Origin: an uncultured virus (IMG/VR IMGVR_UViG_2740892351_000003)
Lineage: Duplodnaviria; Heunggongvirae; Uroviricota; Caudoviricetes
Virus record (IMG/VR): IMGVR_UViG_2740892351_000003
Coordinates: 1 to 64,000 of that record
Reading direction: 5' to 3' (one strand)
DNA length: 64,000 nt
In this document: positions 52,940-63,487 of the stretch, one piece after another
Numbering within the stretch: the first letter of the stretch is position 1
Layout: the number at the start of each line of letters is the position of its first letter
The notes under the pieces: generated by a model
What the model saw: only the letters and a program-made list of their open reading frames with translations
What the model was told of the DNA's origin: nothing
Database searches by the model: none
Made by a program: the position numbers and the translations under genes

Positions 52940-55355
52940 TTATAACATAGACTCTATTTTATTTATCTCTAATTCAACCTTCTTTTCATTAGATAATAAT
53001 TCCATTAATTTTATTTCCATCTCTTCAAGTTTACTTCTTTCCTCATTTATAGTTAATATATCTAATTTACTTTTTATATCATCTATCCAATCTTGTACAT
53101 CATAACCACTCATTACAAGATTGAAGCCTAAATTTTTAGATGACATATTATAAGAATGTAACATAGATGCTAATAATATTAATTCATCTTTTTTTAGTAC
53201 TTGTATATTAATTTTCTTATTATTCCAATTCAATATACAATTAGTTTTTGGTGTAAATTTTTTTATTGAATCTAACTTTTCTTTTTTTAATTTTATTTGT
53301 TCTTTTAAAGTTATTATTTTATTATCACTATTCATTAATTATTTCCCCTCTCTATATAATCTTCCATTTAATAAATATGTGTTTAAATATTGTGGTCTTA
53401 TTTTGTTATATAATTCTTCTAAATTGTTATATTTTTCTTCTCTATAACCATAAGTATAGAGTGTGCTACGTCCTTTTAAATATTTAATTCTACCATCAGA
53501 ATATATTCTTACTTTTTCTCTATTTGCATAAAATTCAATTCCCCAACATGTTTTATCATCTTTCATTTTTTCTTTAAATTCTTCTAATGAATACTCTATA
53601 TATTCATTTTTGGATTCATCTATTGGTGAATAAAAATAACTTCCTTCCATTTTATGAAATATATCAGCGTAATTTTCATGACAATCACTATCTATAATAC
53701 TTATTAACTTATTTAGTACACTTCTAAATTGTTCAAAATCATCCCTCTCAACATTATAAAACCAATGATATTTACCTGTACATTTTTTACCATACAAACT
53801 ATAATAATCAAATTTCCCAATGTAAATAAAAGTTTGATTTTGTTTAGTTCTATATGTTGCCCCAATAATTAAATCTTTTGCTTTTATAATTTGTTTATTA
53901 TGTAATATCTTATTAAATTCGGTGATTTCTTTATAATCTGGAGATGATATTGGTATTAGTATTAAATCCTTACCATCCCATCCATATACAAATTCTCCCT
54001 CTAATCCTTTTCCTTTTATAGAGCTTGTATTTTCTAATATATATAATAAATTTTCTACTGTTATTTCAAATTCAAATCCTCTTGAATCATAAATCCTAAC
54101 ATAAGTTTGTCTATGATTCCATCCTGTATTATAACCACCTATTTTTTTATTTAATACAAATCCTGACATTGGAGTATTTTTATATATTAAAGGTTCTATA
54201 TTTTTATCTCTCCAAGAATTCCAAGATTGTTCTTTTCTCAATTTTCCATTTTCATCCTTATATATTACATAAGCAAGTTTACCTGTATAAGTCCCATTTC
54301 TATTTTGGAATCCTATAATTATTTCTTTAGGTATAAATATATTATTCATAGCATCCCTTTCTATATAGAATTACTTAATAATCCTAGTTTTTCTAATATA
54401 CTTATTCTCGCACTTTCAAGTTCGCATTCTTCACAATCTTTTCTTGAATTTCGCATTTCATCATAAGCACATCCGCTCTTGCAAGGGTTTGATGACAGAT
54501 AAGCATCTATAGCTCTTATTTCGTTTTGATTTAGCTCTATTATTTTCATAAATCTCTCCTAAATACTTTTTTAATTCATACATTCTAACATTTCTTTTCT
54601 ATATATACTGCTATAAACTATTTTCTTTGCTATTATCTCCATTTCTGATTTAGCTTGTTTTTCTTTATAGGAAAATGTATTAATATACTTACTAAGTACT
54701 TTTAAACTTTCATTCATAGCATCTAAAGTCTCTTTTAGCGTTTCTATTTCAGATGTCAATCCTTCTCTTTCAGCTAATAATTTGTCCTTTTCAGATGATA
54801 TTTCATCCATTATATTAATATATTCTTTTTCGGTTTTGTCTAACTTTTTCAATAAATTTTCAATTATCATTAAGTCAGTTTCTCTATCAATTCCATATTC
54901 AACTCTATACAATGTTATTATTTTTGTATCTCTCAAATCTGTTATTAGTATGATATTGTCAACTAGCCTAAAATTTGTTTCAGTATATTTATCATTAAAT
55001 CTTCCTGTGTAAATCAATCTACTTTGTTCAAACATCTTATTTAAATCTTTTTGATATTGTTCTTTGTTTAAATTTAGATTCTGCTCTACACAATTTTTCT
55101 CACACTCTTTAATTCTCTCTATATATCTTCTTAGTGCATGGTTAGTTACATTTATCATTTTATCTTCTCCCAATCTACAAATTTATGAATATTAAAATTT
55201 AAATCTATATAATATAAATCATATTGTTCAATATTTTTATTTTTAAGTGTTAACGAAGCTCTCAAGCCTCCTAATGTCTTAAAACCAATTCTATTACCAT
55301 TACCTATATAAAAATCTTCCATATCTTTATTTTTCGCAAAATAAATCCTATTCAT
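52940..55355 (-). other. Hypothetical ORFs 52940-53335, 53339-54349, 54361-54549, 54571-55173, 55155-55355
   Basis: ORF track; tightly coupled. Confidence 0.55.
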
Positions 55356-55541
55356 ACATTTATACCTCTATTGTTTTATATTTTATTTAGTTTATATCTT
55401 TAACATATTGTATTTAGTTCCTCTTCCTTATTTATAATAATAACATAACTTCTTATTTATTTCAATAGTTATTTTGTATTTTATTTAGTTTATAATTTTA
55501 TTATTTATATTCGCACAATTAAATACTTTGTGTATATCTTT

Positions 55542-56825
55542 TTAATAATAAGAAACTTCTTTACCTTCCTCTCTAACTCTTAGAAAAACAGGAAATCTTA
55601 AGGATAGTTCACCTTTTTCATTGTTGGTTTCCTCGAAAAATTTTACTTCTATAACTCTTCCTAATATCTTATTTTGATTAATAAAATAATACTTACGTTG
55701 TTCATCTGTAAATCCAGAGCCAACTCCTAATCTATATCCTTTATAATCACATATTATGCTGCCTAACAAATCCTTGTATTTACCATCACCTTCCTCTATA
55801 TCAATACATCTTATATCACATGTATTAAACACCTTTACTTTAAGTAAGCTTTTTACACGTTTACATTGATATGATTCATCAGATATATTAATCATTACTC
55901 CCTCTTCATTATTGGATATCATTTCACTTAAATATTTAGTAATCATTGTAATATCTCTACCTTGATATAATGGTTCTAAATATTCAATATATTTTAGTTC
56001 ATTGATAAGTCTTTTAAATATCCTTTCAAGTTTGTTTTTTCTAATATAACATGGTGTTTTATCTTCTCCTGCATAAAAGTCATTTATATTTTGAACATAG
56101 TCATAACAAACCATTTTTAATCCTGTTTTAGTACCTTTAATTCTACATCTTTTTAAAGTGTCTTTAAATCGCTCTTTAGAATTTTTATAGATACCTTCTG
56201 CAAGTAATTCACCATCATAAACTCCTACAGGCATTTTAATAAAATCTTTCTCTATATCAATTAAATTTTCTATTATCTGTCCTTGTCTACTAAATATTTT
56301 AATGGAGTTTTTATCTTTAACTACTATTATTCTTGTTCCATCCAATTTAGGTGTTAAAATAAATTCTTTATTACCAAGTTTATCTTTATTTTTATCATAA
56401 TTTTCTGCTAACATTACCCCAAATTCTCTTACAAGTCCTGGCATTATTTTATTTGCAGTTTTTGATGTCAAGCCTAATTTAATTGATTTTGTAGCTAATC
56501 CAATTATAAATTTTCTCAATTCTTCATTTTGATTCGCAAATACTTGTATAGTTTTAATGTCAGTGTCTCTTCCTGTGTTATTTTTAGATAGGTAATCAAT
56601 CATATCATATATATTATTTAAATTACTATAATTAACACTATTTAATGACTTAGATATTTTCTTTTTAGATATTCCAGTTACAATATATGTATCTAAAAGA
56701 AATTGTAAACATTCAACAAACATTCTATTATTTTTATATTTTTCTAATATTCTCTCTTTTTCTTTTCTACTAGATGTAGATGCTAAACTATCAAATATTT
56801 TTTTTACTTCTAAAAGCTCTTTCAT
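55542..56825 (-). CDS. lig: ATP-dependent DNA ligase
   Basis: KLDG, FSRQG, DGEL, EGVM, LLKVK, VGSGF, LRFPVF. Confidence 0.93.
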   Translation of the reverse strand: MKELLEVKKIFDSLASTSSRKEKERILEKYKNNRMFVECLQFLLDTYIVTGISKKKISKSLNSVNYSNLNNIYDMIDYLSKNNTGRDTDIKTIQVFANQNEELRKFIIGLATKSIKLGLTSKTANKIMPGLVREFGVMLAENYDKNKDKLGNKEFILTPKLDGTRIIVVKDKNSIKIFSRQGQIIENLIDIEKDFIKMPVGVYDGELLAEGIYKNSKERFKDTLKRCRIKGTKTGLKMVCYDYVQNINDFYAGEDKTPCYIRKNKLERIFKRLINELKYIEYLEPLYQGRDITMITKYLSEMISNNEEGVMINISDESYQCKRVKSLLKVKVFNTCDIRCIDIEEGDGKYKDLLGSIICDYKGYRLGVGSGFTDEQRKYYFINQNKILGRVIEVKFFEETNNEKGELSLRFPVFLRVREEGKEVSYY

Positions 56826-56879
56826 TAAAAACCTCCTTGTACCTACTAGGTAAAATCACATTAAAACAAATGTTTTAAC

Positions 56880-59461
56880 TTAATCTTCAACCTCATACCA
56901 ATTCCAATCTATAAAATTTTCAAAAACATAATCCCATGCAATTTTATCTATATAACCCTCTCTCTCTTCATCAGACATATCTTTTAAATCATCATCATCT
57001 ATTTCAAACTCCAGCTTACAGTCTGAACCAATTTTATTAGTTTTAACATGTACATTTATTTTCATATTCTAAAATTCTCCTACTTAAGCTAAATTTTATT
57101 CCAAATCAAAATTTTTACACTGCAAAATCTCTTTATTACCTTCTAAGCAAATAGACTTAAATTCAATTTCTTTATCTTTAGAGTTACAATATCCTTCATA
57201 ATTATTTGAACATGCTAAAAGCTCACACTTTACACAATACTCATTGACTTTCATATTAGGATGATAAACAGGAGTTGAACCAGCTACAATTTGTCCACAA
57301 TATTTACACACCCAAATCTTACAAGTATGCTGCTGACTTTTTGTTGTAATCAAATAACAATCTTTTATCCTTGAAAACTTATGTCTGCATATACATCTAA
57401 AACCTTTAATAAACATCACTCCTTTATATACTCATTATTCTTGTCATACTGTTGTCATCATTGAAAATACTAGTTTTAATTAACAACATTTTTTAGTTCT
57501 ATTTCTTCTATATCTCTAACAGCAAACCAATATGGTTTATATTTAAAGTCATCTATCCATTTTTTAAATACTTCGCTTATTCTACTCTCTAGTATCAATA
57601 TGTCTTCAGCACGTATATTTTCAAACCAATCTTCTCCATATTCTCCGTATTCGTCATCAATTCTATTTTGAATACATTCTAAAGCATCTTTTGCATCTAT
57701 GTCGGGAATATCAGCTTCTTCTTTTTTTCCAATATAAACCCATCGTTTAATTTCTCCGAGCCTCTTAAGTTCTTCCTTAGCTGCCTCGACAGCTTCTTCT
57801 TTACTTTCGTATTCATCACTTCTAAAACATTCATCATCCCAACTATATAACCAAACATCTTTCATATAAATTCCTCCTCTACTTATTTTTCTTATATACC
57901 TCTTAAAGTAACTCTATATTTACATCTCTATCTCTAAAAAATAATTCTCTAATTATCTTTTTATTTTTATACTCAACATCTAACATTTCATAACATTTAT
58001 TACATAGTTCTATGCTTACTTTATCCCATCTCTCTTTTAATTCATCTCCACATCTGACACACACCTTATTTTCTTCACAAAGTATAAGAAACTTTTTTTC
58101 CTCTCTATCATTCGCATTTCCAGTTAAAAATACTTCATTTTTATTAAATTCAAATTCTAAATTTTTACCATAAAGACGTCCAATTCCAAAATCACTAAAA
58201 CCATTCAACATTCTATTTGGTGCATCTTCGATACCTAAAATATTGATGCCTCTTCCTCTTACAGCTCTAAAATCCCTATTCTCTGTTAAATCAACATTAC
58301 TTTTCATTTTTAAATACTCTATTTTTTATTTTTTTAAATATATTTAATTTAGGTGGTTCTACACTAGAGTTTTTTGTAGTAGGTAATGACTTTATATTGG
58401 CAAGTTGCTTATATGTATCATTATTTTTTTCTAAAGAATCTAATTCTTTTTTTAACTCATCTAATGATTTAGGTGTAATTATATGTTTTAATATGTCTTG
58501 TCTTCCTTTTTTCTTATAATCATTTATCATTTTCTCTAATGTTAAATCACAATACTCATCTTCCCAATCTCCAAGATAATAGAATCTATCTACAATAGCT
58601 CTGCTTTTCTCATCTGAAAAAACACCAAATAGTATTGGGTCTTTATCTCTTCTCTCTTTGCTTATTTCCTTTGTAATTTTACCTGTATAATCAGTAAACA
58701 AAACATACATTTTATCAAATATATCTTTTGTTTTCTCTATTATTTCTACTATTTCATCTGGTATTTCTCTTTCATAATTTTCAAGTTCTATTATTTTTAC
58801 TGTATTTTTAGATATATCATCAATATATTTTTCTATATCTTCTTTATACACAAATGTATCTATTCCCAGCTCTATTACATTTCTTTCTTTTTCAATACAT
58901 TCAAGTAAAAACATTAATTTCTTAGCACCCTTTTTTTGACCAGTTACAATATATTTGTTTAAAAGAATCAAAGAGTTTTCATATATTATATCAAGCTTTT
59001 CATTTGTATTTTTTTGCTTTCTATTTTTAATATCTTCAAAATAATCTCTAGGTGTTAATTCTATATTCTCCATATTTAATTCCCTCCTAATTTTACAACT
59101 TAACGTTCTCTACAGTACCTAAATCAATAACTTCATATTTTACATAACCGTAGTTATTTTCAACATATTCTTCTATAACTTCATCATCAGTAGGATTATT
59201 AGGTCTATTAATATCTTGGACAATATCAATCTGAATACTGTCATGTTCAGAAAAATATATTATATACCTATTTACTTTTTCATTTGTCCATCTTTCCATT
59301 TCAATCCAAAATTCATCTATATTCATTGATTTCCATTTTTTACTTTCATAAAATTCACATTTTCTATTCTCTTTATACACTTCTTTTTCTTTCTTATTGC
59401 ATATACCACTCTCCTCTATCTTGTTTTTTTCAAAGTAAAAACAATCTTTACACCTGCTCAT
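56880..59461 (-). other. Hypothetical ORFs 56880-57065, 57096-57419, 57476-57865, 57903-58307, 58297-59073, 59093-59461
   Basis: ORF track; RBSs; several Cys-rich. Confidence 0.55.
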
Positions 59462-59510
59462 TTCATTACACCTTCATTCATTTTTTATTTCACTGAATAA
59501 TTTTATTTAA

Positions 59511-60053
59511 CTACTCAAAAATCTCTACATATTTAAATGGTATATACTCACATAACCAAACATTGTTTTCAGATAAGTAAAACTTATAACCATTTTCATA
59601 CATTTTGCCTGTATTAATTTTTAAAATTACAGGCGTACCATGTCTTTTACCAACTTTAACAGCAATATCTATATCCCTTGATAAATGTACATACAGTCTA
59701 CTTTGTTTAATAATACCTTCATTTTTAATATTGTCTAAAAATCTAGTAGCTGTTCCATGATAAAGATATTTTGGTGGTTCTAATTCCCTCAATTCCACAT
59801 TAACATTAATTGAATGTCCTTGATTTGCTCTAATCTTGCTTCTATCATCATTAAAACTGTATCTTTGCTTATTATCTTCTTTAACTATTTGCTCAAGGAT
59901 TTCTATATTAATATTTCTACCAGCATTATTTATTTTTTCAATCAATTCATTAACATCTGCATATCCACACTCATCTAGTTTAATTCCAATAATTTCTGGT
60001 TTATGTCTTAATATTAAACTTATAAAAATAGATAGCTTATCTTTTTTACTCAT
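59511..60053 (-). CDS. kptA: RNA 2'-phosphotransferase Tpt1/KptA
   Basis: LRH, KQRY, IRANQGHS, LYHGT, YVHLS; GAGGTG RBS favours ATG 60053. Confidence 0.93.
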   Translation of the reverse strand: MSKKDKLSIFISLILRHKPEIIGIKLDECGYADVNELIEKINNAGRNINIEILEQIVKEDNKQRYSFNDDRSKIRANQGHSINVNVELRELEPPKYLYHGTATRFLDNIKNEGIIKQSRLYVHLSRDIDIAVKVGKRHGTPVILKINTGKMYENGYKFYLSENNVWLCEYIPFKYVEIFE

Positions 60054-60090
60054 TGACTTCACCTCATCTTCTTTAGCTAATATTTCAGCA

Positions 60091-60207
60091 CTATCTATAC
60101 ATCTCGCCACAACTTTTACATTGATACATAGTACCTAATTGTGTATTAAGTTCATATATATCTCCACCACAGTCACATTTTTTAATTCTTATTGGATTTT
60201 TCTTCAT
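60091..60207 (-). CDS. 38-aa zinc-ribbon protein (not in ORF track)
   Basis: AAGGAG RBS; MKKNPIRIKKCDCGG...YQCKSCGEMYR. Confidence 0.6.
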   Translation of the reverse strand: MKKNPIRIKKCDCGGDIYELNTQLGTMYQCKSCGEMYR

Positions 60208-60245
60208 TTTTAATCACTCCTTTTCTATTAAAATCTTGATTTTAA

Positions 60246-60668
60246 TTACAATGGTTTAAATTCTACTCTACTTATTTTCTCTATATATTCTAATGGTATA
60301 GTAAATTGTTCTAAAGACTCCTTGCAACAAGCAAAGTTCCCAAGAATATACCCTATGAATACTTTCCCTTGTCTACATATTAAATAATTTTCTTTTTTAT
60401 AATCTCTTACAACTTTAAACATATAATGATTTGTGTTATTTATTAACCCTAAAATTATGTACCCATTTTTAATATAATTTGAATCATTAAGTATATAAGA
60501 TACTTCTCTTTGTAAACTCCTTCCTGTATAAACACCATCTATATATTCCTGTAATTTTAAAGTGTCTCCTATTTTAAAATCTCTATCATTAAATCTTATT
60601 TCAAATGATTTAGAACCATTTGAAACAGCTTCATAATATTTAGGTAATATCTTAAGTTCATGTATCAT
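60246..60668 (-). CDS. ASCH/DUF3850 domain protein
   Basis: HELKILP.YY..V..G.KSFEIR.NDRDFKIGD.L.LQE. Confidence 0.85.
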   Translation of the reverse strand: MIHELKILPKYYEAVSNGSKSFEIRFNDRDFKIGDTLKLQEYIDGVYTGRSLQREVSYILNDSNYIKNGYIILGLINNTNHYMFKVVRDYKKENYLICRQGKVFIGYILGNFACCKESLEQFTIPLEYIEKISRVEFKPL

Positions 60669-60685
60669 ATATCTTCTCCTCTTTG

Positions 60686-61560
60686 TTAATTTTGTTCAAC
60701 TATTGCATCTAACAATCTTGTAACTTTCTTTGCATTCCAATCACATGGTAGTAACCCTCTGTCTATTAATTCATATAGCATACAATTATGTTCATCAAGA
60801 TTTTTCATATATCCAAGAGGACAATTTTTGCAATATTTAGATTCTATACAAATATATTTAATAATATTTAAAGCATTTAAAGTTTTCTCTATATCTTTTT
60901 CTGTTAATTCAGTTTGATTTTCCATATGTACCTCCCTATAATTTTTCTAACATCTTACAATTTTTCTTATTACATTTACCTCCACAACCACATTTTTCAA
61001 TATTTCTAAACCAACCTTTGTGTATTTTTCTTTCAGCACAAAGCTTTTTTATTAAGTTAAACTGATATTCTTCCACTTTTCACGCTCCACACATTATATT
61101 TTGCATTTTATTTATTTGTTAGTTTTATTAAAAATATAAATTTACAATATATTCTATCAGCTATTCTAAGATTTAATAGTGACTTAGAATAGCTTAGTTT
61201 CTCTATAATAAATAATTTTAATCATTGCATTCTTCTAACTAAATAATCCATAGTTCTTCTAAATCCATTCTCTGCCTTTAATATATAGACTTCTTTGAAA
61301 TCGTTTTCTATATTTTCATATCCATTTAATTTATTTATGTACTTAATTATTATATCAAATGAAACTATTTCAAAAAACAATATATTTTCTATGACATATT
61401 GAATTTTTTCTAAATCCTTTTCTTCTATGTACTTTATAAGTTTTTTAATTTTAATTGGCAAATCAGCATCATCTTTTGTTATTTTAATCATTTCAACACG
61501 CTGCTCATTCTTCTCCAATGAATTTCCCTGAAATTTATTTGTCGCTTTTATTATACTCAT
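60686..61560 (-). other. Hypothetical ORFs 60686-60925, 61222-61560
   Basis: ORF track, RBSs. Confidence 0.5.
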
Positions 61561-61732
61561 CTGCTTCTCCTCTCTAACCCATTATATTTATATTATATCA
61601 TATCGAACAACCGTTCTGTATATTTTTTCTAAAATTATTTTTATTTTTTTGGTTTTTGATTTTATAGATTTGTTGAATCTTTTTATAAATTATGGCATAA
61701 ACCACTATACCTTTAGATTAGTGGATGTAAGC

Positions 61733-61894
61733 CTATCCCTGACTTTGTATGTATTTTTCAATCATTTCTTTAGAAACATTTCCTATATTATAAGCAAAGC
61801 ATCCATATGACCAAAAAGTTTTTCTGTATTTACATACAAATATCAGATGTACTAATAACAAATACTTAAAATGATTTCTACCAAGATAATCCAT
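61733..61894 (-). pseudogene. tnpA: Internally deleted TnpA remnant (53 aa, in frame; not in ORF track)
   Basis: N-terminal NHFKYLLLVHLIFVCKYRK fused to C-terminal FWSYGCF..NIGNVSKEMIEKYIQSQG; HUH core missing. Confidence 0.8.
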
Positions 61895-63233
61895 GACTCC
61901 AATTTAACCCCTTCTTAAAGATATATGGCTTAATTAGTTCTACATTTGGTACTTTTTTGATTTCTTTTAAAGCTATGTATTTACCCTCATTCTGACTACC
62001 TTTAACTGTATAAACATTTCCATTATATTTAATCAAGTCATTTGGCTGATACAATGATTTTTGCTTCCTTATTCTTCTTTGACCTTTAGATATTTTCTGA
62101 CCTCTGAACATTCTAAGATTTTCAGAATTTAAATTCTTGTTTCTAGTCCTTCTTCCACAATTAAGTTCACTTGCGGAAACCTTCTCACCAGTTCTATTAT
62201 CTATATATTTAGCATCATAGAATTTTTCAAGACTTCTATTATTTAATCTTGACTGTTCAACTTTAAATATTTCTAAATTTCTAACTTGATTAACACCTTT
62301 AGCTATAGCAAAAGCATCATTAAAATGACTTTTTTCTATACCATGTTCAATTCTATGATTTTTAGTCAAATAACCATAAGTTGCTTTAATGTTAGTATAT
62401 TTTTCTTTCAACTGTTCCAATAAGTACCATCTTATCATTGACATAAATGTAGCATCTCTAAAACCTCTGACCTTTTTACCATTTTCACACCAATCATACA
62501 AAAATTTCCCCTTTTTATGATTAGGAGATGTATGACATTTATTACACAAAGTTATTAAATTACTAGGAGCATCAGAACCACCCTCACTCTTGTACTTAAT
62601 ATGATGAATTTCTAATATTTGTTCTTTACTCTTATTCTTACAATTAGGATTTTGACATTTATGTCCATCTCTATGAAGTACATATTCTCTAACATTCCAG
62701 AAACCCATTTGTTCTCCCTGTTGATATTCTACACCAGATATATCAGGATTCTTGATTTTTTGTATATCAAAATTAGCAACCTCTAATACTATATTTCTGA
62801 TAGGCAATATAGAATTAAGATAATCTATAAATTTAAGATGGGTATTCAATTTATGTTGTAAACTTGGTGCTAACCATCCTTGTCTTATTTTTCTATTGTT
62901 CCATCTAGGTTTTCTATATCTTAATCTTTGTCTCCTAATTCTTCTATACTGACTTTTTTCTAATAATCTATCTTTCATACCTTGAAGCAATTTTACTTCT
63001 CCAACTATTAATTCTTTACTATCTGTTATAGCTGAAAATCCTATATTTAAATATCCACTATCTATCCCCAATGTTATAGTTTGAATATATTCAGTATCTG
63101 TCTTATACAGTAATTGTATAATAAATGGATTAACTTTTTTAACAGTAGCTTTCTTTTGATTCAATAATTTTCTAGCCTTTGCATTAGTAGTAGGCATTAA
63201 TGGCTTTCCTTCAAAATTAATTACATATACCAT
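61878..63233 (-). CDS. iscB: IscB RNA-guided endonuclease
   Basis: PLMP N-terminus, RuvC I GIDSG, Arg-rich bridge helix, RuvC II LEV, HNH (IHHI..GGSD..NLITLC..CH), RuvC III SHFNDA. Confidence 0.95.
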   Translation of the reverse strand: MVYVINFEGKPLMPTTNAKARKLLNQKKATVKKVNPFIIQLLYKTDTEYIQTITLGIDSGYLNIGFSAITDSKELIVGEVKLLQGMKDRLLEKSQYRRIRRQRLRYRKPRWNNRKIRQGWLAPSLQHKLNTHLKFIDYLNSILPIRNIVLEVANFDIQKIKNPDISGVEYQQGEQMGFWNVREYVLHRDGHKCQNPNCKNKSKEQILEIHHIKYKSEGGSDAPSNLITLCNKCHTSPNHKKGKFLYDWCENGKKVRGFRDATFMSMIRWYLLEQLKEKYTNIKATYGYLTKNHRIEHGIEKSHFNDAFAIAKGVNQVRNLEIFKVEQSRLNNRSLEKFYDAKYIDNRTGEKVSASELNCGRRTRNKNLNSENLRMFRGQKISKGQRRIRKQKSLYQPNDLIKYNGNVYTVKGSQNEGKYIALKEIKKVPNVELIKPYIFKKGLNWSHGLSW

Positions 63234-63239
63234 AGTATA

Positions 63240-63477
63240 ATCCTTTCAGATAATTTAACCTCACCTTACGGTGGTAAGCTCTCTTCGCCAATGTTATGAA
63301 AGGTTTTAAATATACCACACTTCACCTACCATCAGTGATGTTTAATGATATACCGTAGAGTTTAGGACTAGAGAAGTATCCTAAAGTACCTATATATTCT
63401 TACATAACGTAGTTAAAACTTAGGCTATTCAACTAGCTTTTGCAAGCTACTACCCTTTAGGGTAATTGGCGGTTGAC
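63240..63477 (-). ncRNA. IscB omegaRNA (HEARO-type) scaffold
   Basis: Begins GTCAAC, hairpin-rich, contains CTACGTT, TAGTC..CTCTAC and AACATTGGCGAAG segments typical of HEARO; directly upstream of iscB. Confidence 0.85.
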
Positions 63478-63487
63478 AAAAAGATTT

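Larger units (their letters stand above)
26709..55494. repeat. Dispersed operator-like repeat, consensus TTGTATTTTATTYAGTTTA
   Basis: Copies near 26709, 26773 (inverted), 27995 (partial), 28030 (inverted), 28069, 37457, 38345, 55374, 55472; all intergenic. Confidence 0.7.
4635..60244. repeat. Junctional palindromic site TAAAA-N6-TTTTA (15 perfect and 3 one-mismatch copies read by eye)
   Basis: Starts at 4635, 18932, 21785, 23690, 28136, 39895, 42392, 43403, 44963, 45723, 46170, 46440, 48163, 56862, 60229; one mismatch at 46881, 49680, 57463. Confidence 0.8.
61687..63477. mobile_element. IS200/IS605-family IscB element (omegaRNA-iscB-delta tnpA)
   Basis: Terminal hairpins CCACTA...TAGTGG (about 61702) and TACCCT-TT-AGGGTA (about 63451); removal restores a perfect 20-bp palindrome. 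Confidence 0.85.
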
